Position numbers and translations under genes: made by a program
Shown: positions 8,798 through 17,289 of the stretch, piece by piece
How the letters are laid out: each line of letters starts with the position of its first letter
Numbering within the stretch: position 1 is the first letter of the stretch
The notes under the pieces: model-generated
Database searches by the model: none
What the model was told of the DNA's origin: nothing
Seen by the model: only the letters and a program-made list of their open reading frames with translations
DNA from: Candidatus Saccharimonadia bacterium
Lineage (GTDB): Bacteria; Patescibacteriota; Saccharimonadia; Saccharimonadales; UBA4665
NCBI GenBank assembly: GCA_035479335.1
Contig: DATIIU010000002.1
Location: 37,716-101,715 of the forward strand
Direction: 5' to 3'
Length of the DNA stretch: 64,000 nt

Positions 8798-10078
8798 ATG
8801 AGCAAAAGGACTTCGCGTTCCGGCGCCCTCATCGGCCTCGGATTCACGGCGGTGGCCGTGACTGCGCTCTGGCCGGCTATCAACAGCTCGGCTTCGGCCA
8901 ACGGCCCCGGCAAGCCCGGATCATCCGCCTCGGCCACGGCTTCCGCCACCGCCACCGGTTCGACCACCAGCCCGACGACCACCGTCACGACGTCCGCTCC
9001 GGCTCCCGCCGTGGCCAAGTCGTGCGACATCACCGGGATCGTGTTCTACCACAAGGATGCCACCGGCGACGACTTCGGCCCCAAGCCGACCGTCACCGAC
9101 TCGGCTTCAGCTGGGAAGCACTTCGAGGACAAGTTCTGTCCGTCCAAGGGCGCCAGTGACCCGTCGTTCGCCGCCGTGATCATCACTGCGCACGCACGAG
9201 CGGTCGCGACGCACACGAGCGGAGTCGACTCCACCACCGTCACCCAGGCGCAGGCTATGGCCACCGCGTGGGTCACCGGCAAGGACACCACCGACTGGAC
9301 CTCCAAGGTCACGGTCTTCGTGAAGACGATCGCCTCCTACGAGGTCAAGCAGGACAACAACCCGGTCTACTCCACCTTCAACATGCAGGGCGGCAAGGAC
9401 GGCCAGCCCACGCTGACCTTCACTGACAACGTGAACCACCCGGCCGGCCTGGTCGTGGTGATCCACTTCAACGACGGAACTCCGGACATGACGCTCCGGC
9501 TCGACTGCGACCTGCAGCCGACAACGGACGTCGCTGTGACGCCGAGCCCCACCACGGGTCCGACGACGCCGCAGCCGACGGGTTCCCAGGCGCCGCCCTG
9601 CACCACCTGCGGTGGCACCACGCCGTGCACGACCTGCAAGACCAGTACCACCCCGCCCCCGTGCGGAAGTGCGTGCAACCACACGACGCCGCCGACCACC
9701 CGGCCGACGACGCCGTCTTCACCGCCCCACAGCACCACCCCGCCCCCGCCGGCTCCCAAGCCCGCGCCGCTCATCGTCGACTACACTCGACTGAACGACG
9801 TGGACGCCGGACAGAGTTCACCCAACTACCGGGTGATCGTCCAGTTGGCCAGCGGCGACAGTGGCACACTGTGCATCAGCTCGGCCTACGGGTCGATCAG
9901 CACTCCGTGCTTCTCGGTCGGCGGCGGTGTCACCACCAAGTACGTGACCTACACGGCCCCGTACGACGCCGGCACCGGATCCGACACCATCACGATCAAC
10001 CTGACCGACAACACTCTCGGCAAGACGGTCTCGGCCTCGGACACCTTCAAGGTGAACCCGCCCCCGGTCCGGCCGTAG
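8798..10078 (+). CDS. high-GC secreted protein with Thr/Pro-rich and Cys-containing linker (island A)
   Basis: ATG at 8798 preceded by AAGGAAG. Signal peptide MSKRTSRSGALIGLGFTAVAVTALWPAINSSASA. The linker TPQPTGSQAPPCTTCGGTTPCTTCKTSTTPPPCGSAC separates two beta-rich halves. The ORF-track start at 8753 lacks an RBS. Confidence 0.65.
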   Translation: MSKRTSRSGALIGLGFTAVAVTALWPAINSSASANGPGKPGSSASATASATATGSTTSPTTTVTTSAPAPAVAKSCDITGIVFYHKDATGDDFGPKPTVTDSASAGKHFEDKFCPSKGASDPSFAAVIITAHARAVATHTSGVDSTTVTQAQAMATAWVTGKDTTDWTSKVTVFVKTIASYEVKQDNNPVYSTFNMQGGKDGQPTLTFTDNVNHPAGLVVVIHFNDGTPDMTLRLDCDLQPTTDVAVTPSPTTGPTTPQPTGSQAPPCTTCGGTTPCTTCKTSTTPPPCGSACNHTTPPTTRPTTPSSPPHSTTPPPPAPKPAPLIVDYTRLNDVDAGQSSPNYRVIVQLASGDSGTLCISSAYGSISTPCFSVGGGVTTKYVTYTAPYDAGTGSDTITINLTDNTLGKTVSASDTFKVNPPPVRP

Positions 10079-10091
10079 TACCCGGCGTGCC

Positions 10092-10183
10092 CCTCGGTGA
10101 GCTCACTGCTTCGGCAGCGGACGTTCGCTCAACGCTTCGGCGATGAGAAGACGGCCGTGGGATTCCCCATGAGCTCACCGGGG
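10092..10183 (+). terminator. GC-rich nested inverted repeat 3' of island A ORFs
   Basis: Outer 14-bp stem CCTCGGTGAGCTCA (10092-10105) / TGAGCTCACCGGGG (10170-10183, one G-T pair). Inner hairpin CTGC-TTCG-GCAG (10106-10117). No T-tail. Confidence 0.4.
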
Positions 10184-10417
10184 CCACCCGATGACAGTTA
10201 GTGATATTTAGTCACGCAATTCTCCCAATAGGGATCCGAGTTGCGTGTGAGCATATAGTACAAGAGTACAACAAGCGTTACAGGCGTGTGTTAGAGAGGG
10301 TAAGCGACAGCTTACATTTTGCCTTACGGCATCAAAAACTCTCTGCACTAACCCTTAATGTTTTGTAATGATCTGATTTGCAGAGAAGGTTTCAAGCTAG
10401 GTTACTAGCTCGCAATT

Positions 10418-10446
10418 TTGACAGATTATAATTATTATGCTACAAT
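10418..10446 (+). promoter_or_regulatory. sigma70-type promoter for the LPXTG gene
   Basis: TTGACA (10418-10423), 17-nt spacer, TACAAT (10441-10446). Confidence 0.45.
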
Positions 10447-10574
10447 CAACTCAACCATTAGCGTGGTTGGTGGGGATCTTTCAAGCAAGTGGCATTTGCA
10501 AGTTAACAATTTATCCTGTGTACCAACCCCTAATAACTTCTATCAATTGATATTTTAAGGAAGGAGACATAGCT

Positions 10575-11570
10575 ATGTCTAAATTTTCCAAGCTTGCTGC
10601 TTTAGTTGCAGCAGTTCCTATGCTTGCCTTTGCGGCACCAGTTTTGGCTGATAGCCCTGGTCAACTGCAAACTGGCCCAAACACGTACCTAGTAAAGAAC
10701 CTAACCCAAAAGGGTGGCTACGCTGCTACTGCCAGCGCAACTACTTGTAATGATGAAGTAGAGTACAGCATTGAGCTACACAACACTGAATACAGCAAGC
10801 TTTCTAGCATTGTAGTAAGTACTACGCTGCCAACAGGCACTACTAGCAAGTCAGACATGACTGCCACTCCAGCAAGTGGTGGTACAACTGGCACAAACGG
10901 CAGCGTTACCGTAACGGTTGGCACTAACCAGACTCTTACTTACGAAGCAGGTTCTACTCGTCTATACGATGGTAGCGCTAAGCTCATCAAGACTTTGCCT
11001 GATGGTATTACCACTAAGAACGGCGTAAATGCTGGCGACCTAGCCGGTTCTACGACTGAGTTCTTGAACTTTACTGCTAAGGTAACATGCCAAACCACTC
11101 CGCCCGTAACTCCAGCTTACAGTTGTGACCTACTACACGTAGTAGCTGACAACACTACTCGTAAAGTAACTGTTGACCAGTTTAAGACCACCGCAACAGG
11201 TGGCGCTACATTCCAGAACGCAGTGATCGACTGGGGTGACAAGGCTACAACTGGCTCTTTGACCGCACTTGTTGGTCAGGGCCACCAGTACACCGCAGAC
11301 GGTACCTACAAGATTGTTGCTACTGCTAACTTTAGTGTCGGTGGTGCAACCAAGACCGGTGCATGTACACAGACAGTAACGTTCACTAGCACTCCTACGC
11401 CTCCTGTAACACCTCCGGTGACTCCACCAGTTACCCCTCCTGTTACTCCTCCAACAACACAGTTGCCAAACACAGGTGCAGGTGATGTCATTGGCATCTT
11501 TGCTGGTGTTGTAGCTGTCGGTACTATTGGATATCGGCTGTTCTTGAGCCGCAAGCTTGCTCGTCGCTAG
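10575..11570 (+). CDS. sortase-anchored (LPXTG) surface protein with PKD-like domain
   Basis: Signal peptide. PKD-like VIDWGDKATTG...GHQYTADGTYKIVATAN. A (PPVT)4 linker. C-terminal LPNTG plus hydrophobic stretch plus RKLARR. Confidence 0.85.
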   Translation: MSKFSKLAALVAAVPMLAFAAPVLADSPGQLQTGPNTYLVKNLTQKGGYAATASATTCNDEVEYSIELHNTEYSKLSSIVVSTTLPTGTTSKSDMTATPASGGTTGTNGSVTVTVGTNQTLTYEAGSTRLYDGSAKLIKTLPDGITTKNGVNAGDLAGSTTEFLNFTAKVTCQTTPPVTPAYSCDLLHVVADNTTRKVTVDQFKTTATGGATFQNAVIDWGDKATTGSLTALVGQGHQYTADGTYKIVATANFSVGGATKTGACTQTVTFTSTPTPPVTPPVTPPVTPPVTPPTTQLPNTGAGDVIGIFAGVVAVGTIGYRLFLSRKLARR

Positions 11571-11631
11571 TCCTCTTCTAGATAGGTAGCGCAGCATACA
11601 GAGCAAGACTGACCGCTCAAAAAACTGCGAA

Positions 11632-11664
11632 AGCCCCGTGATCATAACGATGACGGGGCTTTTA
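11632..11664 (+). terminator. intrinsic terminator
   Basis: AGCCCCGT ... ACGGGGCT hairpin followed by TTTT. Confidence 0.65.
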
Positions 11665-11992
11665 CTATCTATAGGGCAATTATTGCCAAGTTGGCAAAGA
11701 CTGTGGACAAGTACTAGCGTAATACGTAAAACTATGCTAGTCTGTCACACAGAAGTAAAAAGAGAGTACTCGTGACTGACCGCTCTTAAATTCCCCTATG
11801 CTAGCGCAAGGGGATTTTATTTTTGTATCTGTTGTGATATAATTTTCGAGTCGTTTTTGTTATATAGAAACTGGCAGAATCTGGCTCATGCGCTTATGAC
11901 CCAGAAACCTTGGCCTCATATGCAAAGCATATGAACCCGTTCGCTCGGAAGATAATTTTATGTGAGCATAAAATGTGTCTTCCTTCGCTTAC

Positions 11993-12067
11993 GGCCTCAT
12001 CGTCTAGCGGCTAGGACACCGGGTTTTCATCCCGGCAACCGGAGTTCGATTCTCCGTGAGGTCACCA
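11993..12067 (+). tRNA. tRNA-Glu(UUC): tRNA-Glu (anticodon UUC), CCA encoded
   Basis: Cloverleaf folded by hand. Acceptor GGCCTCA/TGAGGTC, anticodon stem CCGGG/CCCGG with loop TTTTCAT, T-arm GGAGTTCGATTCTCC, 3' CCA. Close to the E. coli tRNA-Glu pattern. Confidence 0.93.
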
Positions 12068-12082
12068 ATTGAAATAATAGAT

Positions 12083-12167
12083 CAAAAAGAGTTCGACAAT
12101 TTATTTTGTCGAACTCTTCATTTTTCGCCATCTCTGTAAAATGAGTTTCGATTCACTTTGGGTGGCT
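12083..12167 (+). repeat. copy 1 of an ~85-bp imperfect direct repeat (terminator hairpin plus tRNA-3'-end-like remnant)
   Basis: CAAAAAGAGTTCGACAATTTATTTTGTCGAACTCTT...CTCTGTAAAATGAGTTTCGATTCACTTTGGGTGGC. The hairpin 12089-12116 plus T-run also acts as the tRNA terminator. Confidence 0.75.
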
Positions 12168-12294
12168 TCGCTCGTATTTTTAAGCCTAGCAATAGATGTT
12201 CGATTGGATAAATTAAGTCTGCAAAAGTACTTTATAGACACTAGACACTTGAGTGGTAGTACTTTATAATTCCAAGCAAGGACTATAAAGTACT

Positions 12295-13401
12295 ATGAAG
12301 CCAGATCCAACAAAACCCTACAACGCCTTACCTCACCTACCGCCTGAAGTGGACCTGAAAGATCAGCGATTATTGCTAGCTGCTTTAGAAGCAAGTGAGG
12401 CGATAGCCGAGCTTAAAACAATGCTGACATTAAGTAGTCGCAGCGTCAGTAATACTGTCGATTTGCTCTCACCTCTATTTGTCCCAGAAGCGGTTTCGAG
12501 TTCGGGTGTGGAGAATATTATTACGACGAATAATAGCGTTTACATAGCCAAAATCCTAGAAGAGCGTGAGTTGAGCCCTGCAGAGAAGGAGGCACTTAAC
12601 TATACGAGCGCGCTTGGAAGTGGTATCCAAATTCTAATAACTAAGGGTTTCTTGGCGACAAATGATTACATAAAAATGCAAGCAATATTGGAGCCCAACA
12701 AAAAAGGTGTTCGTAAATTGCCTGGTACGCAACTTGCGAATCCCGCAACCGGTGTCGTTTATTACACTCCTCCTGAAGGTGAAGAACGTATTCGTGGTTT
12801 ACTCAAAAATTTTGAGGATTACTTTAACGACGAGGCTCCCATTCACGAAGTATTTGCGCGAATGGCGATGCTGCACTATCAATTTGAGGCTATCCACCCC
12901 TTTAGTGATGGCAATGGGCGTACGGGTCGCATGCTCATGCCACTCTACCTTATGAAGCAAAAACGGCTTCCCCTACCAGTGTTATTCATTAGCCACTATA
13001 TCTTAGAACATCGTGATGAATATTATAAAAAGTTACGTGCCGTAACTTCAGACGGTAACTGGATGGAGTGGATTCTCTATATTACTATCGCAACTACCGA
13101 ACAAGCAAGGTATACATGTCAGATCCTAGAGAAGATAAGACGTGCTATTGAGTCGGTAAAAAAAACTCTGAAAGAAAAACTTCCTGCGGTCTATAGTTCA
13201 GAACTTATCGATTTCCTATTTTCAAACGCCTACTTCACACAGAAGGGTTTTGAAGAAGAAATAGGTGTTAGCCCCATGACGGCCCGCCGCTACCTCCAAG
13301 AGCTTGAGCGAGAGAAGGTGATAGTCAAGCAAAAACAGAATGGCAAGAATCGATATTTATACATCACGCCACGTTACATCGGCATTCTTAAGCAAGCTTA
13401 G
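12295..13401 (+). CDS. Fic family protein (AMPylator class with N-terminal inhibitory helix and C-terminal wHTH)
   Basis: 368 aa. Fic motif HPFSDGNGRTGR. N-terminal (S/T)xxxE(G/N) inhibitory motif SSGVEN. Confidence 0.92.
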   Translation: MKPDPTKPYNALPHLPPEVDLKDQRLLLAALEASEAIAELKTMLTLSSRSVSNTVDLLSPLFVPEAVSSSGVENIITTNNSVYIAKILEERELSPAEKEALNYTSALGSGIQILITKGFLATNDYIKMQAILEPNKKGVRKLPGTQLANPATGVVYYTPPEGEERIRGLLKNFEDYFNDEAPIHEVFARMAMLHYQFEAIHPFSDGNGRTGRMLMPLYLMKQKRLPLPVLFISHYILEHRDEYYKKLRAVTSDGNWMEWILYITIATTEQARYTCQILEKIRRAIESVKKTLKEKLPAVYSSELIDFLFSNAYFTQKGFEEEIGVSPMTARRYLQELEREKVIVKQKQNGKNRYLYITPRYIGILKQA

Positions 13402-13557
13402 TGAGCTGTAGGCTCATTCATTGGCGACCTAGGGTATATCGTTGCTCCTGGCTCAATCACGCCAAGCATCTTCAATCGTAACTCAATATATTTTACCTCA
13501 CTGAAGAGGGCTTCGACCCTAGCCACCCCTAGGTTCACCATATGAGATTTACAGAGA

Positions 13558-13638
13558 CAAAAGAGTTCGAAGATTTATTTTCTCGAACTCTTTTTGTTAT
13601 GTAACTCTGTTAGTCGGGTTCGATTCTGCTTGGGTCAC
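13558..13638 (+). repeat. copy 2 of the ~85-bp repeat
   Basis: CAAAAGAGTTCGAAGATTTATTTTCTCGAACTCTTTTT...CTCTGTTAGTCGGGTTCGATTCTGCTTGGGTCAC. The last 25 nt resemble the tRNA-Glu T-arm/acceptor GGAGTTCGATTCTCCGTGAGGTCAC. Confidence 0.75.
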
Positions 13639-13678
13639 ACGGCGATTAAATATATCAGCTAGATGGTATTATTAAAAA

Positions 13679-14209
13679 ATGAAAAAAGCCGTATTCGTCA
13701 CAGCCGTTTCGGGCTCTGGAAAAACGACAGTCTGCAAGGCTTTGGCTGAACTTGGTTACGAAGCGTACGATATCGAGAGTATCCCTGGCTTATTCTCGTT
13801 AGTCGATGAAGACACGGGTCAGATCATATCAAAAGAAATCGGTGACCTTAAAGAAGGTCTTAATGCCGATTGGGTGTGCGATATCCAAAAGCTAAAAACC
13901 ATAATCATCAATCAAAAAGCTGAGATAGCATTTTATTGCGGCGGTACAAGCCGTACCGAAGAGCTCATGGTGGCATTTGATTGCACAATCGTATTGCAAG
14001 TCTCGGACGAAACGACACGAGCAAGACTCGCTACCCGCGGAGCAGGTGAATTCGGGAGCACGGAAACGGTCAGGGACTGGGTCATAAGCTGGAAGCATAG
14101 AGTGGAGTCGGATTGGCTATCTGCGGGTGGAATTAGTGTTAACGCCGAACCAGAGCCTAGCGCAGTCGCTCAAAATATTATTGATCGATTCGCAAACGGC
14201 TCACAATAA
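13679..14209 (+). CDS. P-loop NTPase / small-molecule kinase-like protein
   Basis: 176 aa. Walker A VSGSGKTT near the N-terminus. Size and layout match adenylate/shikimate-kinase-like AAA proteins. Confidence 0.7.
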   Translation: MKKAVFVTAVSGSGKTTVCKALAELGYEAYDIESIPGLFSLVDEDTGQIISKEIGDLKEGLNADWVCDIQKLKTIIINQKAEIAFYCGGTSRTEELMVAFDCTIVLQVSDETTRARLATRGAGEFGSTETVRDWVISWKHRVESDWLSAGGISVNAEPEPSAVAQNIIDRFANGSQ

Positions 14210-14355
14210 TCGCTCAGCCTAGGAAGATAGCACTAACCTTGCCTCATACCAGCACATGATTTCTGCCGCAGCAACCTTATAAATCGGGTGGGCTAGGGCC
14301 ACTACGTAAGCGCATGCTTATTGACGAGAATAGTTTACAGTAGTACATATAAGTC

Positions 14356-14934
14356 ATGATGAAAATAAAAAACAAACAAGACGGCTTTACTCATATTCTA
14401 CTGCTAGCTGTAATAGGTGTGCTAGTAGTCGGTATCTTCAGCGTTGTTTATGTAAAAGTTAATAATGCCTCAGATAAAAAGAGCGTAAATAGTGATGCTA
14501 CTAAAAATACAAGTACGTCAAAAAAGACTACTGTTACCCCAGTTGCGCTTGCTCCGGCGGATAAAGCAACCACGGTGACTCCCAAAACGACGACAACAAC
14601 TCCTACCACTAACTCAACTCCCACGGTAACTCCTAAAAACGCTGCGCCGATTAAGACAAGCCCGGCATCAAACATCGTTCACCCCACAATCGCCAACTGT
14701 AATCGACAGAACTTCACTGTTTATGCTAGCGTACCTTCTGGGACACCGGCATACAGCGAAGGTAATTTTTCTCAAGTGCTTTACACGTGGCCGTATGGCT
14801 CAGCAATTACTGATGTGTACTGTGACTCCGGCGATAGCAAACAGATGGTCTTTCGCGTAGATAATCCGGGTTCCCCTGATACCACCCAGTACAGTGCCTA
14901 TCATTGGGCTGATGTGAGCTTAACCAAACCCTAA
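14356..14934 (+). CDS. membrane-anchored hypothetical protein with Thr-rich linker (prepilin-like N-terminus without Glu+5)
   Basis: 192 aa. KQDGFTHILLLAVIGVLVVGIF resembles a class III signal (G|FT) but lacks the conserved Glu. T/P-rich spacer and a Cys-containing globular C-terminus. Confidence 0.6.
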   Translation: MMKIKNKQDGFTHILLLAVIGVLVVGIFSVVYVKVNNASDKKSVNSDATKNTSTSKKTTVTPVALAPADKATTVTPKTTTTTPTTNSTPTVTPKNAAPIKTSPASNIVHPTIANCNRQNFTVYASVPSGTPAYSEGNFSQVLYTWPYGSAITDVYCDSGDSKQMVFRVDNPGSPDTTQYSAYHWADVSLTKP

Positions 14935-14973
14935 TTAGGAAGTAGTTTGACTCTGTGTGGGGCACACTATATA

Positions 14974-15516
14974 TTAGATGGCCTTTTGATGATAGCGGTA
15001 GGTTGGTGACTCTATAACTGTCATCGGAGATTTGAAGCCTACGGGGTTACGGGCATACAGCTGCCGATGAAGGCCATTCGTTGCAATAGGCGCATACTGA
15101 ATAGGCGCAACCTCTACTTTCGTGCCATTCTTACCCGGTGCATGCACGTACGACTCTGCGTCACGAACGATACCAATATGAGTAGGGAAAGTTCCATGAC
15201 GCGAAAAGAATATGAGGTCTCCAGATTCTTGTAGCCCGTCGTGAACAGTCGCACCATAATGGTCCCAGAAATCATTGGCATGACGTAAGGTTCGGCGAGC
15301 GTTATCCTGCCCGATAAAGTCTGGAATATGTAGTCCTGCTTCAGATAGAACAAATCGTACAAAGCCGGAACAATCAAAACCCGATGAAGGTGACTGTCCG
15401 CATTCAGGATGCTCGGGTACATATTTTATTGAAGGACGATCAATTAAACCATTAGCTACGCTAATGATTGCTTCGCGGTAATTTTCTGCAACACACTCCT
15501 CAGTAATTAGACGTTT
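14974..15516 (-). CDS. NlpC/P60 family cell-wall cysteine peptidase; open frame lacks ATG/GTG/TTG at its 5' end
   Basis: My own translation of the minus strand gives ...RPSIKYVPEHPECGQSPSSGFDCSGFVRFVLSEAG...GDLIFFSRHGTFPTHIGIVRDAESYVHAPGKNG... with the Cys-His-His signature. The frame is open from the stop at 15517-15519 to the TAA at 14974-14976. It is not in the supplied ORF track. The track's ORF 15114..15422 is the wrong frame of the same DNA. Confidence 0.7.
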   Translation of the reverse strand, partial: KRLITEECVAENYREAIISVANGLIDRPSIKYVPEHPECGQSPSSGFDCSGFVRFVLSEAGLHIPDFIGQDNARRTLRHANDFWDHYGATVHDGLQESGDLIFFSRHGTFPTHIGIVRDAESYVHAPGKNGTKVEVAPIQYAPIATNGLHRQLYARNPVGFKSPMTVIESPTYRYHQKAI

Positions 15517-15742
15517 TTAGAGAGAATGCAGCCTGACTACTGAAAACTTGACCAGGTCGTAGTGTGTTTATTGACTAACATAAGAAAGCACCAGCTTATA
15601 ATTTTCTTTAGTATACACGAAGGGCCACATCTACTAGCGCCTAACAGCGCATGCTAGCAAATGATTGCAACGATAATTGAGTATAAAACGGATGGCCTAG
15701 GGTCGCCATACAAGATCAGCAAACACCATAGCAGTGGCGATG

Positions 15743-15776
15743 AAACCTTCACATTTTGTGGAGGTTTTTATTATTT
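15743..15776 (+). terminator. orphan intrinsic terminator-like hairpin
   Basis: AAACCTTCACA-ttt-TGTGGAGGTTT followed by TTATTATTT. No annotated plus-strand gene lies upstream. Confidence 0.4.
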
Positions 15777-15860
15777 AAAGTGTAGTTGACCTTAGGCTCT
15801 TGAACTTGATAGTCTGAAGCACAGGCGATTTATATAAACATATGCAAAGTGAGGGGCTGT

Positions 15861-16502
15861 ATGGTAGAGGCTGTTTGTTTAGATGTTGGTGAAACGCTCA
15901 TAAATGAAAAACGAGTATGGGCTATGTGGGCCGATTGGCTCAAAGTACCCAAGCATACCTTTTCTGCTGCGCTGGGTGCGGCCATAGTTCGGAATGATTT
16001 TTTGAGTGTTTTCAAATCGTTTAGGTCTGATTTTGATCTTGAAGATGAGTTTGCAGCAAGGCGACGCGCGGGCAAGCTGTGGAAACCTGAAATAGCTGAT
16101 CTGTATGCTGATGCTCAGCCCGCAGTGCATCAACTTGGGGCGCTTGGGATACGTGTTTGTATCGCTGGCAATCAAGAAAGCAGTATGGGTTCATTCCTGG
16201 AAAGGGCATTCCCAACCGCTGACGTTATTGCAACATCTGAAGCATGGGGTGTTAGCAAACCATCGCCTGATTTTTTTGCAAAGGTATGCTATGTATTGGA
16301 TTTACCGCCCGAAAAGATTGTTCATGTTGGTGACCGGCCGGATAATGATGTATATCCGGCTCAGGAAGTCGGGATGCCGACCGTACAGGTGATGCGCGGA
16401 CCCTGGGCGTATATTCTCGATAAGCCTACAGGGCTTGCCTTGCCGCATGCGACTATCCAGTCTCTGGGCGAATTACCAGGTGTGCTTGCGGATCTTGGAT
16501 AG
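15861..16502 (+). CDS. HAD-superfamily hydrolase-like protein
   Basis: Motif I region CLDVGETL (second Asp replaced by Gly). Motif IV HVGDRPDNDV. ATG at 15861 follows GAGGGG. The track start at 15849 is a GTG without an RBS. Confidence 0.7.
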   Translation: MVEAVCLDVGETLINEKRVWAMWADWLKVPKHTFSAALGAAIVRNDFLSVFKSFRSDFDLEDEFAARRRAGKLWKPEIADLYADAQPAVHQLGALGIRVCIAGNQESSMGSFLERAFPTADVIATSEAWGVSKPSPDFFAKVCYVLDLPPEKIVHVGDRPDNDVYPAQEVGMPTVQVMRGPWAYILDKPTGLALPHATIQSLGELPGVLADLG

Positions 16503-16622
16503 TGTATTGCAGCTTGATGGTTCTTTGACTTGTTAGCAATTCACTAGAATTATTCCAAGTTAGAGAAGTTTGACGGATTGCTTTGTTGTATACTAGTATT
16601 CTTAAATACTTGAGGATACTGT

Positions 16623-17120
16623 ATGTCAATTGAAACAGATACGCAGGGTGAGTTTGGTGGCTATCTTTCAACAACTCTTGACGATCCTGGTAGATGGATG
16701 AGGTCGCGGATGGGAATATTGGTTTTATCTAGATCAACTGCGCCAAGTGGTAATCAGGTTGCTGTACGTTTTGGATTTCCAGATGTGGAATCCAGTATAA
16801 AAGGATTTAGAGATAGGCGAGGCTGGCTTGTAGCGTCAGAGATTGCAGGAAAACGGCGCCTTGATATCGTGCCGGACCAGTCTTACTTAGCAGACTATCG
16901 TGGTGGGATTCATCGACTTCCTGATGATACTACGGCGTTACGGAATATTGGACGTGGGATATTGCTCCTGACAACCAATCCCGATGAGGATGGTGTAGTT
17001 GTTGAGATGACAGTACCTTGCAACCACAGAATCAACGCACTAGATGTTGCTACATTAAATGGCGAATCTCTGATCCCATATGAATCGTTGCAGTTCGCAG
17101 AAGACCCCGTTGCTGATTGA
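16623..17120 (+). CDS. hypothetical protein
   Basis: 165-aa ORF with backbone composition. No motif recognised. Confidence 0.5.
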   Translation: MSIETDTQGEFGGYLSTTLDDPGRWMRSRMGILVLSRSTAPSGNQVAVRFGFPDVESSIKGFRDRRGWLVASEIAGKRRLDIVPDQSYLADYRGGIHRLPDDTTALRNIGRGILLLTTNPDEDGVVVEMTVPCNHRINALDVATLNGESLIPYESLQFAEDPVAD

Positions 17121-17289
17121 TTTCTCCCCAAAGAGTAGCAGAAATGCGCAATCTAGTATTTCCGAAGTCTCCGTTTTAGCTCAAAGGCTTCTTAGCGTGT
17201 TAATGTAACCTTTTCATGACAAGTTCACAATTCTTTGTAGCCGGTTCCAACGCTTATGGTAAAATATCAGAAAGAATAAGGGATATCAT

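Noticed and set aside
11398-11455. Tandem 12-bp periodicity (CCTCCTGTAACA-like); looked briefly like a micro-repeat or CRISPR-like array.
   Set aside because: It lies inside the LPXTG gene and encodes the (PPVT)4 stalk. No spacers or cas genes are present. No CRISPR array exists anywhere in the window.
15114-15422. 102-aa minus-strand ORF from the track.
   Set aside because: It is an out-of-frame reading of the NlpC/P60 gene (14974..15516). Its translation has no features, whereas the other frame gives a complete peptidase domain.
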